Below are positions 8,295 through 19,091 of a stretch of 32,000 bases of DNA, piece by piece (the stretch's first letter is position 1; every line of letters begins with the position of its first letter). Position numbers and translations under genes: made by a program. The notes under the pieces were generated by a model. It was not told the origin of the DNA, did not search any database, and saw only the letters and a program-made list of their open reading frames with translations. The stretch covers positions 164,573 to 196,572 of the forward strand of contig NZ_FUWK01000001.1 of the NCBI RefSeq assembly GCF_900167395.1, given 5' to 3'. This DNA comes from Nitrosomonas europaea (lineage in GTDB: Bacteria; Pseudomonadota; Gammaproteobacteria; Burkholderiales; Nitrosomonadaceae).

Positions 8295-9167
8295 ATGAAA
8301 AAGCAGATAGCGGGTCTGGTGCTTCTGGGTCTAGCATGTACTGCAACAAGTGTGTCTGCCGAGGAAGACAGGGAGCTCAGGCAGAAAGTGGAGGCCTTGG
8401 AGGCAAAGATTGCTAATCTTGAGGGACGTTCAGAAAACGAAGAGCATGGCGATAGCCACGGATTTGATAAACATAAGTTTCATGGAGGGGTAGTTCTGAA
8501 GCAGGATGCTTTTTTTGGCTTCCAGACTATCTTAGATGCGGGTTATGAAGTTGCTGATAATATCGATTTCACGTTCTACTCGTGGTTATGGACCAATCCT
8601 AATTTCGGGAAAAGCAGCGTGGTATCAGGTGGTAACAATGTGGGCGGACAGGGGCTCTGGACAGAGTTTGGTATTGGTCTGAATTTCAGATTTCTTGACA
8701 ATACGTTGAGCATCAATCCCAATATCGGGATGCTGAACGGCTCGCTGTTATCTTCTGAGGTTGTCGGTGAAGATATTCGTGCTGGGGAAGGGGTTGTACC
8801 TAATCTGGTCGTTAATTATGATAACGATTATTTTGCAGCGAATCTCTACGTTGCTTACTACATGGCAACACGCGGTCCGCGTGCCAGGGATTTTTTGCAT
8901 AACTGGATCAATGTCGGGGTAAAACCCGCCTTGTTTGGTCTTGGCAAGACATTACCGATCAATTCTGTCGGAATTCACTGGGAACACCTTTGGGCGGCTA
9001 AAAACCGTATAGACAGCAGCCTGGAAGGCGTTGTGTATAACTGGGTAGGTCCTTACATCGAATTTGGTCTGCCGAAAAATCTCGCTTTACGTTTTGCAGG
9101 TGGATTCGACGTGAAGAGTGATGTATCCAATAATTTTTATCAGGCCAGTATCAAGCTTAATTTCTGA
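8295..9167 (+). CDS. Putative outer-membrane beta-barrel protein with N-terminal coiled-coil segment (function unknown)
   Basis: Signal peptide MKKQIAGLVLLGLACTATSVSAEE, then the heptad-like stretch DRELRQKVEALEAKIANLEGR, then alternating aromatic/Gly beta-strand pattern ending ...YQASIKLNF (C-terminal Phe). Gene and upstream 300 bp are visibly AT-richer than the flanks. Confidence 0.6.
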   Translation: MKKQIAGLVLLGLACTATSVSAEEDRELRQKVEALEAKIANLEGRSENEEHGDSHGFDKHKFHGGVVLKQDAFFGFQTILDAGYEVADNIDFTFYSWLWTNPNFGKSSVVSGGNNVGGQGLWTEFGIGLNFRFLDNTLSINPNIGMLNGSLLSSEVVGEDIRAGEGVVPNLVVNYDNDYFAANLYVAYYMATRGPRARDFLHNWINVGVKPALFGLGKTLPINSVGIHWEHLWAAKNRIDSSLEGVVYNWVGPYIEFGLPKNLALRFAGGFDVKSDVSNNFYQASIKLNF

Positions 9168-9187
9168 TAAAAACAATCCGCTGCTCC

Positions 9188-9215
9188 GTAACCCCATTTT
9201 CTGAAATGGGGTTAC
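9188..9215. terminator. Possible hairpin terminator between convergent OMP gene and pncC
   Basis: GTAACCCCAT-tttctga-ATGGGGTTAC is a perfect 10-bp stem, but there is no clean U-tract on either strand. Confidence 0.3.
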
Positions 9216-9345
9216 ATAAATAATCTCCAGTTTCTACCTTCCTGTCACTGTACTAAATCGACTCGTCGATAATTACTGATTAATCCGTAACACGAACAAT
9301 TACCTGTCCAACTATGGCCGCAGGCAATATTTTATCCGGCTTTTG

Positions 9346-9888
9346 TCAGGCAAGATTCAGCGGTGTAGTATTTTCCAGCAATTCGAGCATGCCTTGCAGT
9401 GCTATGGCGACGGATTGTCGCCGAATAGCTTCGCGATTGCCGCTGAACCGGCAGATTTTACTGTTTGCCGATGTCGCAGAGGCACTTTCAAGCATCCAGG
9501 CGAAACATACAGTGCCGACCGGCTTTTCTGCAGAACCGCCGGCAGGGCCAGCGATGCCGGTCACGGATACGGCTACCTGTGCCTGGCTCAGAGTAAGTGC
9601 GCCCAGCGCCATTTCCCGGGCTGTCTGTTCGGAGACGGCACCAGATTGTGTGAGAGTGGATGGTTGTACATGCAGCATTTGTTGTTTGGATGAGTTGCTG
9701 TAGGTAATGAAGCCACGGTCATACCAGGCGGAGCTGCCAGGAATGGCGGTGATGATCTGCCCGATCCAGCCACCGGTGCAGGACTCTGCTGAAACCAGCT
9801 TCAATCCGTTTTGTTCGAGTAACTTTCCGGCTCGCCGAGCAAGTTCCAGTAGAGTTTCGTCATCCGGAACGGTTGGGTAAGTACTCAA
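9346..9888 (-). CDS. pncC: Nicotinamide-nucleotide amidohydrolase PncC (CinA C-terminal domain protein)
   Basis: ESCTGGWIGQIITAIPGSSAWYDRGFITYSNSSK...VSEQTAREMALGAL...AVSVTGIAGPAGGSAEKPVGTVCFAW are canonical CinA/PncC motifs. 4-nt overlap with pgpA. Confidence 0.85.
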   Translation of the reverse strand: MSTYPTVPDDETLLELARRAGKLLEQNGLKLVSAESCTGGWIGQIITAIPGSSAWYDRGFITYSNSSKQQMLHVQPSTLTQSGAVSEQTAREMALGALTLSQAQVAVSVTGIAGPAGGSAEKPVGTVCFAWMLESASATSANSKICRFSGNREAIRRQSVAIALQGMLELLENTTPLNLA

Positions 9889-10427
9889 AAGTAGCTTTCA
9901 AACAGAACCATCGATTTCCAGCCAGCGAGGCAAAGCAGCGTGTAGAACGCAGCCAGCAAATCATCCAGCATGACACCCAGCCCACCTTTGAGTCTGGCAT
10001 CCAGATAACCGATGGGTGCGGGTTTGACGATATCAAAAAACCGGAACAGGAAAAAAGCAGCGAGCTGCCAGGTCCAGTGATCCGGTGTGAAAAACAGTAC
10101 CAGCATGAAAGCGACGATTTCATCCCATACCATGCCGGAATGATCAGGTGAATTGAGGGCTCGACCGGTGACTGCGCATGCCCAGATGCCCATGATGAAA
10201 AAAACATCGATGATCAGCAGCAGCGATACCGGCTCGATGATTGAATCGAGAAAACGGTAAAACGGAAAGGCGGCAATAGTGCCAGCGGTACCCGGCATGT
10301 AGCGGATCAGGCCGATACCGGCGCCCATGGCAATGAAATGTGCGAGCCGGACATGTACGAAAGTGATATCCGGTTTGATCGGAATTTGACGTTGTGGCGA
10401 ATAATTATCGGGCAGAGAAGTGATCAT
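9885..10427 (-). CDS. pgpA: Phosphatidylglycerophosphatase A
   Basis: GAGIGLIRYMPGTAGTIAAFPFY...DHSGMVWDEIVAFMLVLFF...FRFFDIVKP match PgpA motifs. Sits in the conserved thiL-pgpA arrangement. Confidence 0.85.
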   Translation of the reverse strand: MITSLPDNYSPQRQIPIKPDITFVHVRLAHFIAMGAGIGLIRYMPGTAGTIAAFPFYRFLDSIIEPVSLLLIIDVFFIMGIWACAVTGRALNSPDHSGMVWDEIVAFMLVLFFTPDHWTWQLAAFFLFRFFDIVKPAPIGYLDARLKGGLGVMLDDLLAAFYTLLCLAGWKSMVLFESYF

Positions 10428-11403
10428 AGCCTTTATTCTTAAAGATTAGCGGGTTACTGTCAGTACCGAGAACAGTCAATCCTTTTCCCGGTATGATTTT
10501 TCCAATGCGGGAAAGCAGGATACCGGATTCCTGTGCCAGTTGTATGACAGCATCGCGCTTGCTTTCCGGTACGGTGAAACACAGCTCATAATCATCACCG
10601 CCTGCCAGTAAACAGTCAATGGCTAATTGACAGATGGTATTTGTGACGGTGTTTTCCGGCTGTAGTTTATTTTTCAATGCCGGGGAGCGAGGGATGTGGT
10701 CAAAATCAATCGTGGCTGCAACACCGGAGCGATCCAGAATATGGCCCAGATCAGCCAGCAGACCATCCGAAATATCAATGGCACTATGCGCTACATTTAC
10801 CAGTGCTTTTCCAAGGGCGACGCGAGGCATGGGGGTATGTAATGCAGCCAGACAAGGTGCGGCTTCCTGCGCTGTCAGTGTCACGTGCTGTTGCAGGGAT
10901 TGCAGCGCCAGAGCGGCGTCACCCAGATGACCGGATACCCAGATATCATCTCCCGGTTGGGCACCACTGCGCCGGAGGGCTTTTCCCCGTTCGACTTCAC
11001 CGATGATCTGTACGCTGATATTGAGCGGACCACCTGTCGTATCTCCCCCGATCAGTTCGACCTGGTACTGGTCGGCCAGTGCAAAAAATCCGCTGGAAAA
11101 AGCCTTTAGCCAGATATCATCCTGCGCGAGTGTTTCGGTCAAAGTCAGGGAGAGGGTTGCCCAGCATGGTGTGGCACCCATGGCGGCCATATCGGAAAGA
11201 TTGACAGCCAGCACTTTATGCCCCAGCGTGGCAGGATCGACATCGGGAAAAAAATGTCGCCCTGCAACCAGAGTATCGACCGATATCGCCCAATCCATTC
11301 CCGGTTTGCAGGCAATCAGCGCGGCATCATCACCCGGCCCAAGCAAGGCATTACGCCTGGGACGGGTAAAGTAGCGATCGATTACATCAAACTCTGAGTT
11401 CAT
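10405..11403 (-). CDS. thiL: Thiamine-monophosphate kinase
   Basis: EFDVIDRYF...GPGDDAALI...VDTLVAGRHF...LAVNLSDMAAMGA...GGDTT...ISDGLLADLGHIL...GGDDYELCFT are AIR-synthase-fold ThiL motifs. Confidence 0.9.
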   Translation of the reverse strand: MNSEFDVIDRYFTRPRRNALLGPGDDAALIACKPGMDWAISVDTLVAGRHFFPDVDPATLGHKVLAVNLSDMAAMGATPCWATLSLTLTETLAQDDIWLKAFSSGFFALADQYQVELIGGDTTGGPLNISVQIIGEVERGKALRRSGAQPGDDIWVSGHLGDAALALQSLQQHVTLTAQEAAPCLAALHTPMPRVALGKALVNVAHSAIDISDGLLADLGHILDRSGVAATIDFDHIPRSPALKNKLQPENTVTNTICQLAIDCLLAGGDDYELCFTVPESKRDAVIQLAQESGILLSRIGKIIPGKGLTVLGTDSNPLIFKNKGYDHFSAR

Positions 11404-11470
11404 GGCCGCTTATCGTAAGTACGGCAGGAAGACTGTCGACGGGTTCGGCGCCGGTGGACTGCCTGATGAT

Positions 11471-11974
11471 TTAACCGGAATCTTTATTTCGCGCAGGCGG
11501 GTGCTGGAGTTCGACGGCACGTAACCGGGTGGCCAGTTTATCCAGCACGCCATTGACGTATTTGTGTCCATCCGTTCCGCCATAGCTTTTGGCCAGTTCG
11601 ATGGCTTCGTTGATGATGGCACGACAGGGAATTTCAGGGCGGTAAACCATTTCATAGGTACCAATCAGGAGAATCGAACATTCCACCGGACTGAGCTCAG
11701 CTATTTGCCGATCGAGATGCGGCTGGATCTGCGTTTGCAGGTCGGCAGCGTGTTCCAGGACACCCTGCAGCAAATCGGAGAAATAGGGGCCATCTGCCTT
11801 GCTGAAAAAGCTGACTTGCTGCAGTTGCATACCAATGTCCCGAGCGTTACCTCCGGTGACTTGCCATTGGTAGATCCCCTGCAAGGCAAGTTCACGTGAC
11901 AGACGACGACGGTTTTTGTAGCCTTTGTGGCCTTGTACCCGTTTTACGGGGGGAACGGTTTCGGTTGACATCAT
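11471..11974 (-). CDS. nusB: Transcription antitermination factor NusB
   Basis: [15 protein letters not shown]...[14 protein letters not shown]...[29 protein letters not shown]. Start overlaps the ribH stop by 4 nt (ribH-nusB operon). Confidence 0.9.
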   Translation of the reverse strand: MMSTETVPPVKRVQGHKGYKNRRRLSRELALQGIYQWQVTGGNARDIGMQLQQVSFFSKADGPYFSDLLQGVLEHAADLQTQIQPHLDRQIAELSPVECSILLIGTYEMVYRPEIPCRAIINEAIELAKSYGGTDGHKYVNGVLDKLATRLRAVELQHPPARNKDSG

Positions 11975-12465
11975 GTGGGAGCAGATTGATCCATTTCATC
12001 AAGGGTCAGCACCAGGTTGGCCATTTCTATCGCGACACGTGCTGTCTCCCCCCCCTTTTCAGCCATGCGGGCAGTCGCCTGATCTTCATCATCGGTCGTG
12101 AGAATACCGTTTGCGATTGGAATGTTGTATTCCCGTCCGACGGCCGCCAGTCCCCGTGCCGATTCATTGGCTACCACTTCGAAATGATAGGTTTCGCCAC
12201 GGATTACCGCACCCAGGGCGATCAGGGCATCAAACCGATCCGATTCAGCCAGCTTCTGCAAGGCAACCGGAATTTCCAGTGCGCCGGGTACGGTTGTCAG
12301 AACGATGTCCGCTTCCTGTACACCCAGTCTGGTGAGCTCTGCCGTGCAGGCTCCGAGCAATCCTTCGCTCACGTCGATATTGAAACGGCTCATGACAATA
12401 CCAATGCACAACCCGTTTCCGTCGAGGTTTGAATCTATTTCCAGGATATTGTCATAATAGGACAT
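11971..12465 (-). CDS. ribH: 6,7-dimethyl-8-ribityllumazine synthase
   Basis: IGIVMSRFN...[10 protein letters not shown]...[24 protein letters not shown]...[11 protein letters not shown] are canonical RibH motifs. Confidence 0.92.
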   Translation of the reverse strand: MSYYDNILEIDSNLDGNGLCIGIVMSRFNIDVSEGLLGACTAELTRLGVQEADIVLTTVPGALEIPVALQKLAESDRFDALIALGAVIRGETYHFEVVANESARGLAAVGREYNIPIANGILTTDDEDQATARMAEKGGETARVAIEMANLVLTLDEMDQSAPT

Positions 12466-12520
12466 AACGTGTACCTCCTTGTTGGGATCGGCTTATCGAC
12501 TACTGATAGAAAAAACGGTT

Positions 12521-13630
12521 TTACTTGCGAATACGGTTTCCCGGTTCCAGATACCCGGCAACTTCCAGACTGAAACCGGTCATGCTGGGCATACGGCGGG
12601 GAGTGGCCAGCAGGCGCATTTTACTGACTCCGAGGTCCTTGAGAATCTGCGCGCCGATACCATGCTGGCGCAGATCCGGCACGGGTTTGTCCGGTTGCCG
12701 CGGCCTGGCTCGCAAAATCCGGTCGGTCAGCACACTGGCATCATTCTTGCGGTGCAGCAGCACGACCACTCCTTTCCCGGCTTGTGCAATGACCGCCATG
12801 GCGTCATGAATGCTCCAGGAGTGGCTGTGATCATCGGCTTCCAGCAGATCGATCACCGACAGAGGTTCGTGCACTCGCACCAGTACTTCCTCACCGGTAT
12901 TCCATGTGCCTTTTACCAGCGCGATATGAGTTACACCGGCAATCTTATCATGGTAGGCAATCAGCCTGAATTCGCCGTGGGCAGTGTGCAGGGGACGCTC
13001 GGCAAAACGTGATACCAGACTTTCCGTGAGATTGCGATGATGGATGAGATCAGCAATCGTCCCGATCTTGAGAGTGTGTTTGCCGGCAAATTCGATCAAA
13101 TCCGGCAATCGTGCCATTTCGCCATTTTCTTTCAAAATCTCGCAGATCACCGCAGCTTCAGTCAAACCTGCCAGACGTCCCAGATCACAGCCTGCCTCGG
13201 TATGGCCGGCACGCGCCAGTACACCCCCTTTCTGTGCCTTGAGCGGGAAAATATGACCCGGTTGAACCAGGTCTTCCGGTCTGGCATCGGCTTTGACGGC
13301 TGCCTGAACGGTACAAGCTCGGTCGGCGGCGGAAATACCGGTCGTCACACCCGTTGCCGCCTCGATGGAGACGGTGAAATTGGTGCCAAGTGGTGAATGG
13401 TTGTCTGCCACCATCATAGGCAGTTTGAGCTGATGACAGCGTTCTTCCGTCAATGTCAGGCAGATCAGTCCTCTGCCATATCGAGCCATGAAGTTGATCG
13501 CTTCGGGTGTGACAAAGTCGGCAGCCAGCACCAGATCACCTTCATTCTCGCGATCTTCCTCATCGATCAGAATAACCATTTTTCCATTTCTGAAATCTGC
13601 CAGAATTTCTTCAGTCGAGGAAATCGTCAT
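12521..13630 (-). CDS. ribBA: Bifunctional 3,4-dihydroxy-2-butanone-4-phosphate synthase / GTP cyclohydrolase II-like protein
   Basis: [22 protein letters not shown]...GLICL...[19 protein letters not shown]...PGHIFPL...GGVL.RAGHTEA is the RibB domain. The C-terminal half is RibA-like (...LLHRK...[17 protein letters not shown]). Confidence 0.9.
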   Translation of the reverse strand: MTISSTEEILADFRNGKMVILIDEEDRENEGDLVLAADFVTPEAINFMARYGRGLICLTLTEERCHQLKLPMMVADNHSPLGTNFTVSIEAATGVTTGISAADRACTVQAAVKADARPEDLVQPGHIFPLKAQKGGVLARAGHTEAGCDLGRLAGLTEAAVICEILKENGEMARLPDLIEFAGKHTLKIGTIADLIHHRNLTESLVSRFAERPLHTAHGEFRLIAYHDKIAGVTHIALVKGTWNTGEEVLVRVHEPLSVIDLLEADDHSHSWSIHDAMAVIAQAGKGVVVLLHRKNDASVLTDRILRARPRQPDKPVPDLRQHGIGAQILKDLGVSKMRLLATPRRMPSMTGFSLEVAGYLEPGNRIRK

Positions 13631-14232
13631 GGTTGTCTGCCTTGGGCCTGATCGAGTAAACGTGCCACGTATTTCGCTATCATATCGGTTTCCAGATTCA
13701 CTTTCCTGTCAGGGTTAAACTGCCCGAAAGTCGTATTGGCCAATGTATGGGGGATCAGGTTGATTTCAACCCGTCCGGCCTCTATTTGATTTACAGTGAG
13801 GCTGACACCATCGACCGTGATTGAACCTTTGGGGATGACGTATTTGAGCAGTTGCGTAGGCAATTCGATTGCCAGCAGGCAGCGGTCACCCGTCTGCGTG
13901 AATTCCACGACCTCGCCGATCCCTTCCACATGGCCGCTGACCAGATGACCATCCAGCCGGTCGGAGAACCGCAGCGCTTTTTCCAGATTGACCGGATTGC
14001 CGGGAATATCCAGCCCATGTGCGCAGCTCAGGGTTTCACCGGAGACATCGACGGTAAAGCATCCCTCTTCAAATGCAGTGACAGTCAGGCAGGCGCCATT
14101 GACAGCAATACTGTCGCCAATGGCGACATCCGCCAGATCCAGTTTACCGGGATCGATATAGATACGTACCGCATCCTTTTCCGGATGGACGTGTCGGATA
14201 TTGCCAACTGCTTCGATAATTCCTGTGAACAT
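13627..14232 (-). CDS. ribE: Riboflavin synthase (alpha chain)
   Basis: Start chosen at the internal ATG giving the canonical N-terminus [10 protein letters not shown]. The duplicated lumazine-binding repeat is visible ([13 protein letters not shown] / [12 protein letters not shown]). 4-nt overlap with ribBA. Confidence 0.9.
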   Translation of the reverse strand: MFTGIIEAVGNIRHVHPEKDAVRIYIDPGKLDLADVAIGDSIAVNGACLTVTAFEEGCFTVDVSGETLSCAHGLDIPGNPVNLEKALRFSDRLDGHLVSGHVEGIGEVVEFTQTGDRCLLAIELPTQLLKYVIPKGSITVDGVSLTVNQIEAGRVEINLIPHTLANTTFGQFNPDRKVNLETDMIAKYVARLLDQAQGRQP

Positions 14233-14361
14233 GTTTTTCCGGGTTTTGAATGAATTCTGCCGCAAACAGATGAGACCCCGGTCAATCGGGCAGCTCGATC
14301 ACTGATATAATTCACAGTTTGTCTGGAATCGTCCAGACCGACTGCCGAGGAACTTTCAATT

Positions 14362-16176
14362 ATGACACGCCTGCTCCGTAATATCGCCATTATCGCCCAT
14401 GTGGACCATGGCAAGACCACGATGGTGGATAAGCTGCTGCACCAGGCCGGCACCTTCGCCGCTCACCAGACTGTTGCTGAACGAGTGATGGATTCGGATG
14501 ATATCGAGCGCGAACGCGGAATCACGATTTTTTCCAAGAATTGTGCAATCGACTACGCGGGTGTACATATCAATATCGTGGATACGCCGGGCCATGCCGA
14601 TTTCGGTGGAGAGGTCGAGCGCGTACTGTCGATGGTGGATGGCGTGCTGCTGCTGGTGGATGCCGTTGAGGGTCCCATGCCGCAAACCCGGTTCGTGACC
14701 CGTAAAGCACTGGCTTCCGGTTTGCGTCCGATCGTGGTCGTCAACAAAATCGATCGTCCTGGCGCACGGCCGGACTGGGTCGTGAACCAGACGTTCGATC
14801 TGTTCGATAAATTGAATGCTACTGAGGAGCAGCTCGATTTTCCGGTGGTTTATGCTTCTGCACTCAACGGCTATGCCACGCTGGATGCCAATCAGCCTGG
14901 CAGCGACATGCGCCCGCTGTTCGACATGATACTCAAACATGTTCCGGCGCCGGTGGGTGATCCCGACCAGCCGCTGCAGCTGCAGATCAGTGCGCTCGAT
15001 TATTCGAGTTTCGTCGGACGTCTCGGTATTGGAAGGATCAATCGTGGTCGCCTGAAGCCGGGGCAGGAAGTCATGGTGCTGACAGGTGAGCGGGCACCGA
15101 AAAAAGCACGTGTCAATCAGGTATCCGGATTTCGCGGGCTGGATCGGATCCAGCTGAGCGAAGCCGCGGCCGGTGACATTGTGCTGATCAGCGGTATCGA
15201 GGAACTCGGTATCGGAACGACCCTGGCGGATATCGATCATCCGGAGGCATTGCCGATGCCGGTAGTCGATGAACCGACGCTTTCGATGAATTTTCAGGTC
15301 AACACCTCGCCTTTTGCAGGTAAGGAAGGTAAATTCGTTACCAGCCGCCAGTTGCGTGAACGTCTTGAAAAGGAGCTGCTGACCAATGTTGCGTTGCGGC
15401 TGGAAGAAACCGGTGAAACCGACTCGTTTCTCGTTTCCGGCCGCGGCGAATTGCATTTGACGATTCTGCTCGAAAACATGCGCCGGGAAGGTTATGAACT
15501 GGCGGTGTCCCGTCCCAAGGTGGTGATCCGTGAAATTGATGGTGAAAAGTGTGAACCGTTCGAGGTTCTGACCGTCGATATCGATGAAGCCAATCAGGGC
15601 GCGGTAATGGAAGCGCTGGGAACACGCCGTGGTGACCTGCTGGATATGGTGACTGACGGGCGCGGTCGGGTCAGGTTGGATTACCGTATTCCCGCACGCG
15701 GCCTGATCGGATTCCAGTCGGAATTTATGACGCTGACGCGTGGTACCGGCATCATGAGTCATGTTTTTGATGAATATGCACCAATGCGGCCGGATATGGC
15801 CTCACGCAAAAACGGGGTGCTGATTTCAGCAGAAATGGGCGAGGCGGTGGCCTACGCGCTGTGGAAGCTGCAGGAACGCGGACGTATGTTCGTCAGCCCC
15901 GGAGAGCCATTGTATGAAGGCATGGTGATTGGTATCCACAGCCGTGAGAATGATCTGGTTGTTAACCCGATCAAGGGCAAGCAACTGACCAATATCCGGG
16001 CATCCGGCCATGACGAGGCAGTGGTGCTGACACCGCCGATTCAGTTGACGCTGGAATCAGCCATCGAATTCATCGCAGATGACGAGCTGGTTGAAATTAC
16101 GCCGAAAAGCATTCGCATCCGTAAACGCTTCCTGCTGGAACACGAACGTAAACGGGCATCCCGCAGCGCAGCCTGA
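14362..16176 (+). CDS. typA: Translational GTPase TypA/BipA
   Basis: [29 protein letters not shown] and NKIDR G-motifs, followed by the EF-G-like domains and BipA C-terminal domain. 604 aa. Confidence 0.95.
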   Translation: MTRLLRNIAIIAHVDHGKTTMVDKLLHQAGTFAAHQTVAERVMDSDDIERERGITIFSKNCAIDYAGVHINIVDTPGHADFGGEVERVLSMVDGVLLLVDAVEGPMPQTRFVTRKALASGLRPIVVVNKIDRPGARPDWVVNQTFDLFDKLNATEEQLDFPVVYASALNGYATLDANQPGSDMRPLFDMILKHVPAPVGDPDQPLQLQISALDYSSFVGRLGIGRINRGRLKPGQEVMVLTGERAPKKARVNQVSGFRGLDRIQLSEAAAGDIVLISGIEELGIGTTLADIDHPEALPMPVVDEPTLSMNFQVNTSPFAGKEGKFVTSRQLRERLEKELLTNVALRLEETGETDSFLVSGRGELHLTILLENMRREGYELAVSRPKVVIREIDGEKCEPFEVLTVDIDEANQGAVMEALGTRRGDLLDMVTDGRGRVRLDYRIPARGLIGFQSEFMTLTRGTGIMSHVFDEYAPMRPDMASRKNGVLISAEMGEAVAYALWKLQERGRMFVSPGEPLYEGMVIGIHSRENDLVVNPIKGKQLTNIRASGHDEAVVLTPPIQLTLESAIEFIADDELVEITPKSIRIRKRFLLEHERKRASRSAA

Positions 16177-16188
16177 CATTCTTGGCTA

Positions 16189-16827
16189 ATGGCCATGGAA
16201 AAACCGGTTCTGTGGTATATAGCCGACCCCATGTGTTCATGGTGCTGGGGGTTTGCACCGGTAATCGAGAACATCCGGCAGGAATATTCAGCATTTTTAA
16301 CGGTGAAGATAATGCCGGGTGGATTGCGGCCGGGAACGAACACGCCGCTTTTACCGGAAAAAAGAGCACAAATCCTGCATCACTGGCATTCAGTACATAT
16401 CACTACTGGCCAGCCTTTCACTTTTGAAAATGCTTTGCCGGAAGGTTTCATTTACGACACCGAACCTGCCTGCCGGGGTGTCGTCAGTGTTTCACTGATC
16501 GAACCGGAAAAGGTATTTCCTTTTTTTGCCGCGATACAGCGTGCTTTTTATGTCGGGCAGGAAGATGTTGCGCAACTTGCCATTTTGAAAAAACTTGCAG
16601 TAGATCTGGGCATACCGGAATCACGATTTACTCCGGTATTTCAATCTGATGAGGCGAAACAGCGGACACTGGCAGGTTTTCAGCGTGTGGCACAATGGGG
16701 AATAAGTGGATTTCCGGCGCTTGTGGTTGAAAGCGGAACAGATCGCTATCTGATTACTACAGGTTATCGTCCGATCGAAGCATTGCGCCAGCTGCTGGAC
16801 ACCTGGCTGCAGCAGCATGGAGTTTGA
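16189..16827 (+). CDS. DsbA-family thioredoxin-fold protein (CxxC = CSWC)
   Basis: N-terminal YIADPMCSWCWGFAP active-site motif and size typical of cytoplasmic DsbA-like/COG3531 proteins. No signal peptide. Confidence 0.75.
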   Translation: MAMEKPVLWYIADPMCSWCWGFAPVIENIRQEYSAFLTVKIMPGGLRPGTNTPLLPEKRAQILHHWHSVHITTGQPFTFENALPEGFIYDTEPACRGVVSVSLIEPEKVFPFFAAIQRAFYVGQEDVAQLAILKKLAVDLGIPESRFTPVFQSDEAKQRTLAGFQRVAQWGISGFPALVVESGTDRYLITTGYRPIEALRQLLDTWLQQHGV

Positions 16828-16845
16828 TTGAAGCTGACTGATTTT

Positions 16846-17661
16846 TTAGTGCTGACACCGTGCACAAAAGAAAGTGGACCGCTGGCCTTGCCGGGTTTTA
16901 CTCACAAGCTCTCCGCATTGCCGGCATGACTGGCCGGCTCGCCCGTACACCCAATATTGCTGCTGAAAATAACCCGGACTGCCTTCACAATCAGTGAAGT
17001 CACGCAGACTGCTTCCTCCAGCCTTGATTGCACGCAGCAGAGTCGCCTTGACAGCATCAACCAACCGTTCGCATTGCATGGTATTCAGACTGCCAGCCGC
17101 GGCCAGAGGGGAAATCCCGGCTTGAAACAAAGCTTCATTGGCGTAAATGTTGCCTATACCGACCACGATGTGCTGGTTCATGAGCACTTCCTTGATACTG
17201 GCGTTGCGCCCTCGTGTTTTTGTATACAGAAACTGTCCATCGAAATCATCGCTCAAAGGTTCGGGACCCAGTTTCTGTAATAGCGGATGCTGACGAATAT
17301 CGCCATCCCACCACAGGATGGCGCCAAACCGCCGCGGATCACGAAAACGCAGCATCATTCCATTGTCCACTTGCAGATCGAAATGATCGTGCAATTGTGG
17401 TGGAGTCGATTCAGGCAACACACGCAAATTGCCGGACATGCCCAGGTGCATGATGAGCGTTCCTCTGCTGCAGGCAAACAGCAGATATTTGGCTCGCCGG
17501 GCGATTGCATTGATCCGCTGTCCGGGTAACAGGGCAATCAACCCGGCAGATATCGGCCAGCGCAGAACGGGATTGCGAATGCTGATCTGCGTGATGACCC
17601 TGCCGGCCAGATGGGTGTCGATTCCGCGCCGGGTGATTTCGACCTCAGGTAATTCCGGCAT
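16846..17661 (-). CDS. mutM: Formamidopyrimidine-DNA glycosylase
   Basis: N-terminal MPELPEVE catalytic Pro2/Glu3, H2TH region, and C-terminal zinc finger CRQCG...FFCARCQ. Confidence 0.95.
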   Translation of the reverse strand: MPELPEVEITRRGIDTHLAGRVITQISIRNPVLRWPISAGLIALLPGQRINAIARRAKYLLFACSRGTLIMHLGMSGNLRVLPESTPPQLHDHFDLQVDNGMMLRFRDPRRFGAILWWDGDIRQHPLLQKLGPEPLSDDFDGQFLYTKTRGRNASIKEVLMNQHIVVGIGNIYANEALFQAGISPLAAAGSLNTMQCERLVDAVKATLLRAIKAGGSSLRDFTDCEGSPGYFQQQYWVYGRAGQSCRQCGELVSKTRQGQRSTFFCARCQH

Positions 17662-17706
17662 GATCGGGCAGGAGCCAGCAATGAGCGGCAGAGACCGGAT
17701 CGCACG

Positions 17707-19068
17707 TCATCTGCGCTTGCGGTACCAGTTAATAGAAATTCCGCCGATAAGAAACACCAGCGGCAGGATGATAAGGAAGCCGGTGACGATCAGGGTCAAT
17801 TGCAGTTCGCTCAGCGCCAGCTGGCTGTCGAGGGTGGCACGTGGCTGAATCGGGATAAACGCTTCATCACCGGCGAGCCAGTTGATCATGTTCATGCCCA
17901 GATCCAGATTGCCACCATTACCGAGATAGCCATTGGCCAGAAAATGCCCGCTGCCCGCCACGATGATCCGCTGTTCGCGATCTTCCACCACCCGGCTCAA
18001 TGCCACGGCAACACTTATCGGGCCTGAAACGTCGTTTTCCTCATCGAAGGTGATTTCACCTTCCGACGAATCGGTTGAGCCGGTTTCCACCCAGCCTTCA
18101 GGCGCAGCTTCTGCCAGGATGGTACGGTGCCAGTCGGTACCTTCCTCCAGGATGAGCTGGCGCGCAAAAGGAAATACTGTGATGTAGTCAAAGTTTTCCG
18201 TTACGGCATGTGCGCCGTAGCGTGTTGCCAGTGCGAAAGTGGTAGGTACTCTCAGCCGGTTTGCCTGAGGATCGACAATGACGCCGGGGGTAAATACGAT
18301 TCCCAGTTTCTCGGCCAGAGGCAGTAATCCGTTCAATGAACCGATATCTACCAGCCACAGCAGATTCCCGCCGCGGGCAAGGTAATCCAGAATCTTTTTC
18401 ACTTCCCCTTCCAGCAATTCGATTTGCGGGGAGGCGATGACCAGTACGCCGGTATCCGGAATCTCAGGTGGATCGGTAAGGCTGAATAGTGTGCTTTCGA
18501 AGCCGGTTTCCTGCAGTTTTTTACCGAAATTTCCCAGATCCCGCTGGGTGATACCATCCATTTTCCGCTCACCATGGCCGGACAATATCAGCAGTTGTTT
18601 TTTTTCAGTGCGTGCCAGCCGCACCAGTGCGTTTGAAAATGCCTGTTCGTTGATAGAGGTAAGGCGCTCCTTGCGCTGTTTATAACTGATGACGATTTCA
18701 CCATTGAGCCTGACTCCTGCGCTTTGTGCCTGTTGTGGTTGCTCTACCGGATCGATGAAATTCAGGGTCAGGTCGGGCTTGATTCGCTGATATACACTGA
18801 TGAAGTTGCTGATGATTCCGCGAATATCTCCCAGCTGCAGATCTTGCTGCGTTGCATAAACCGTGACATGCAGAGGATCATCGAGTGTTTGTAGCAGATC
18901 GATACTGGCCTGGCTCAGGCTGTTGCGGTTGTTCTGGCTGATATCCCACTGTATGCGGAATTCCTGCGCCAGATAGCCCAGTGTCCCTACCAGTATCAGA
19001 AACAGGGCGGTGAATATACCGCTCTGCCAGCGGGATCGTAACCGTAACTTTTTATTGAAGCGTGCCAT
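17707..19068 (-). CDS. GldG-like ABC-transporter auxiliary protein
   Basis: N- and C-terminal TM helices flank a large periplasmic domain. Sits downstream of the ABC-2 permease and ATPase in the GldA/F/G-type order. Confidence 0.7.
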   Translation of the reverse strand: MARFNKKLRLRSRWQSGIFTALFLILVGTLGYLAQEFRIQWDISQNNRNSLSQASIDLLQTLDDPLHVTVYATQQDLQLGDIRGIISNFISVYQRIKPDLTLNFIDPVEQPQQAQSAGVRLNGEIVISYKQRKERLTSINEQAFSNALVRLARTEKKQLLILSGHGERKMDGITQRDLGNFGKKLQETGFESTLFSLTDPPEIPDTGVLVIASPQIELLEGEVKKILDYLARGGNLLWLVDIGSLNGLLPLAEKLGIVFTPGVIVDPQANRLRVPTTFALATRYGAHAVTENFDYITVFPFARQLILEEGTDWHRTILAEAAPEGWVETGSTDSSEGEITFDEENDVSGPISVAVALSRVVEDREQRIIVAGSGHFLANGYLGNGGNLDLGMNMINWLAGDEAFIPIQPRATLDSQLALSELQLTLIVTGFLIILPLVFLIGGISINWYRKRR

Positions 19069-19091
19069 AAAAAACCGGTTGGAAGGAAAGT

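Noticed and set aside
14233-14361. Possible FMN (RFN) riboswitch upstream of ribE
   Set aside because: The intergenic region is only ~129 bp and is shared with the typA promoter. It lacks the conserved RFN core (e.g. GGGGCAGGGTGAAATTCCC / ACCGGCGGT).
14356-15762. 468-aa ORF antisense to typA
   Set aside because: It lies entirely inside the strongly supported TypA/BipA gene. The translation is low-complexity (Arg/His/Ile-rich) with no motifs, as expected for a mirror-frame ORF.
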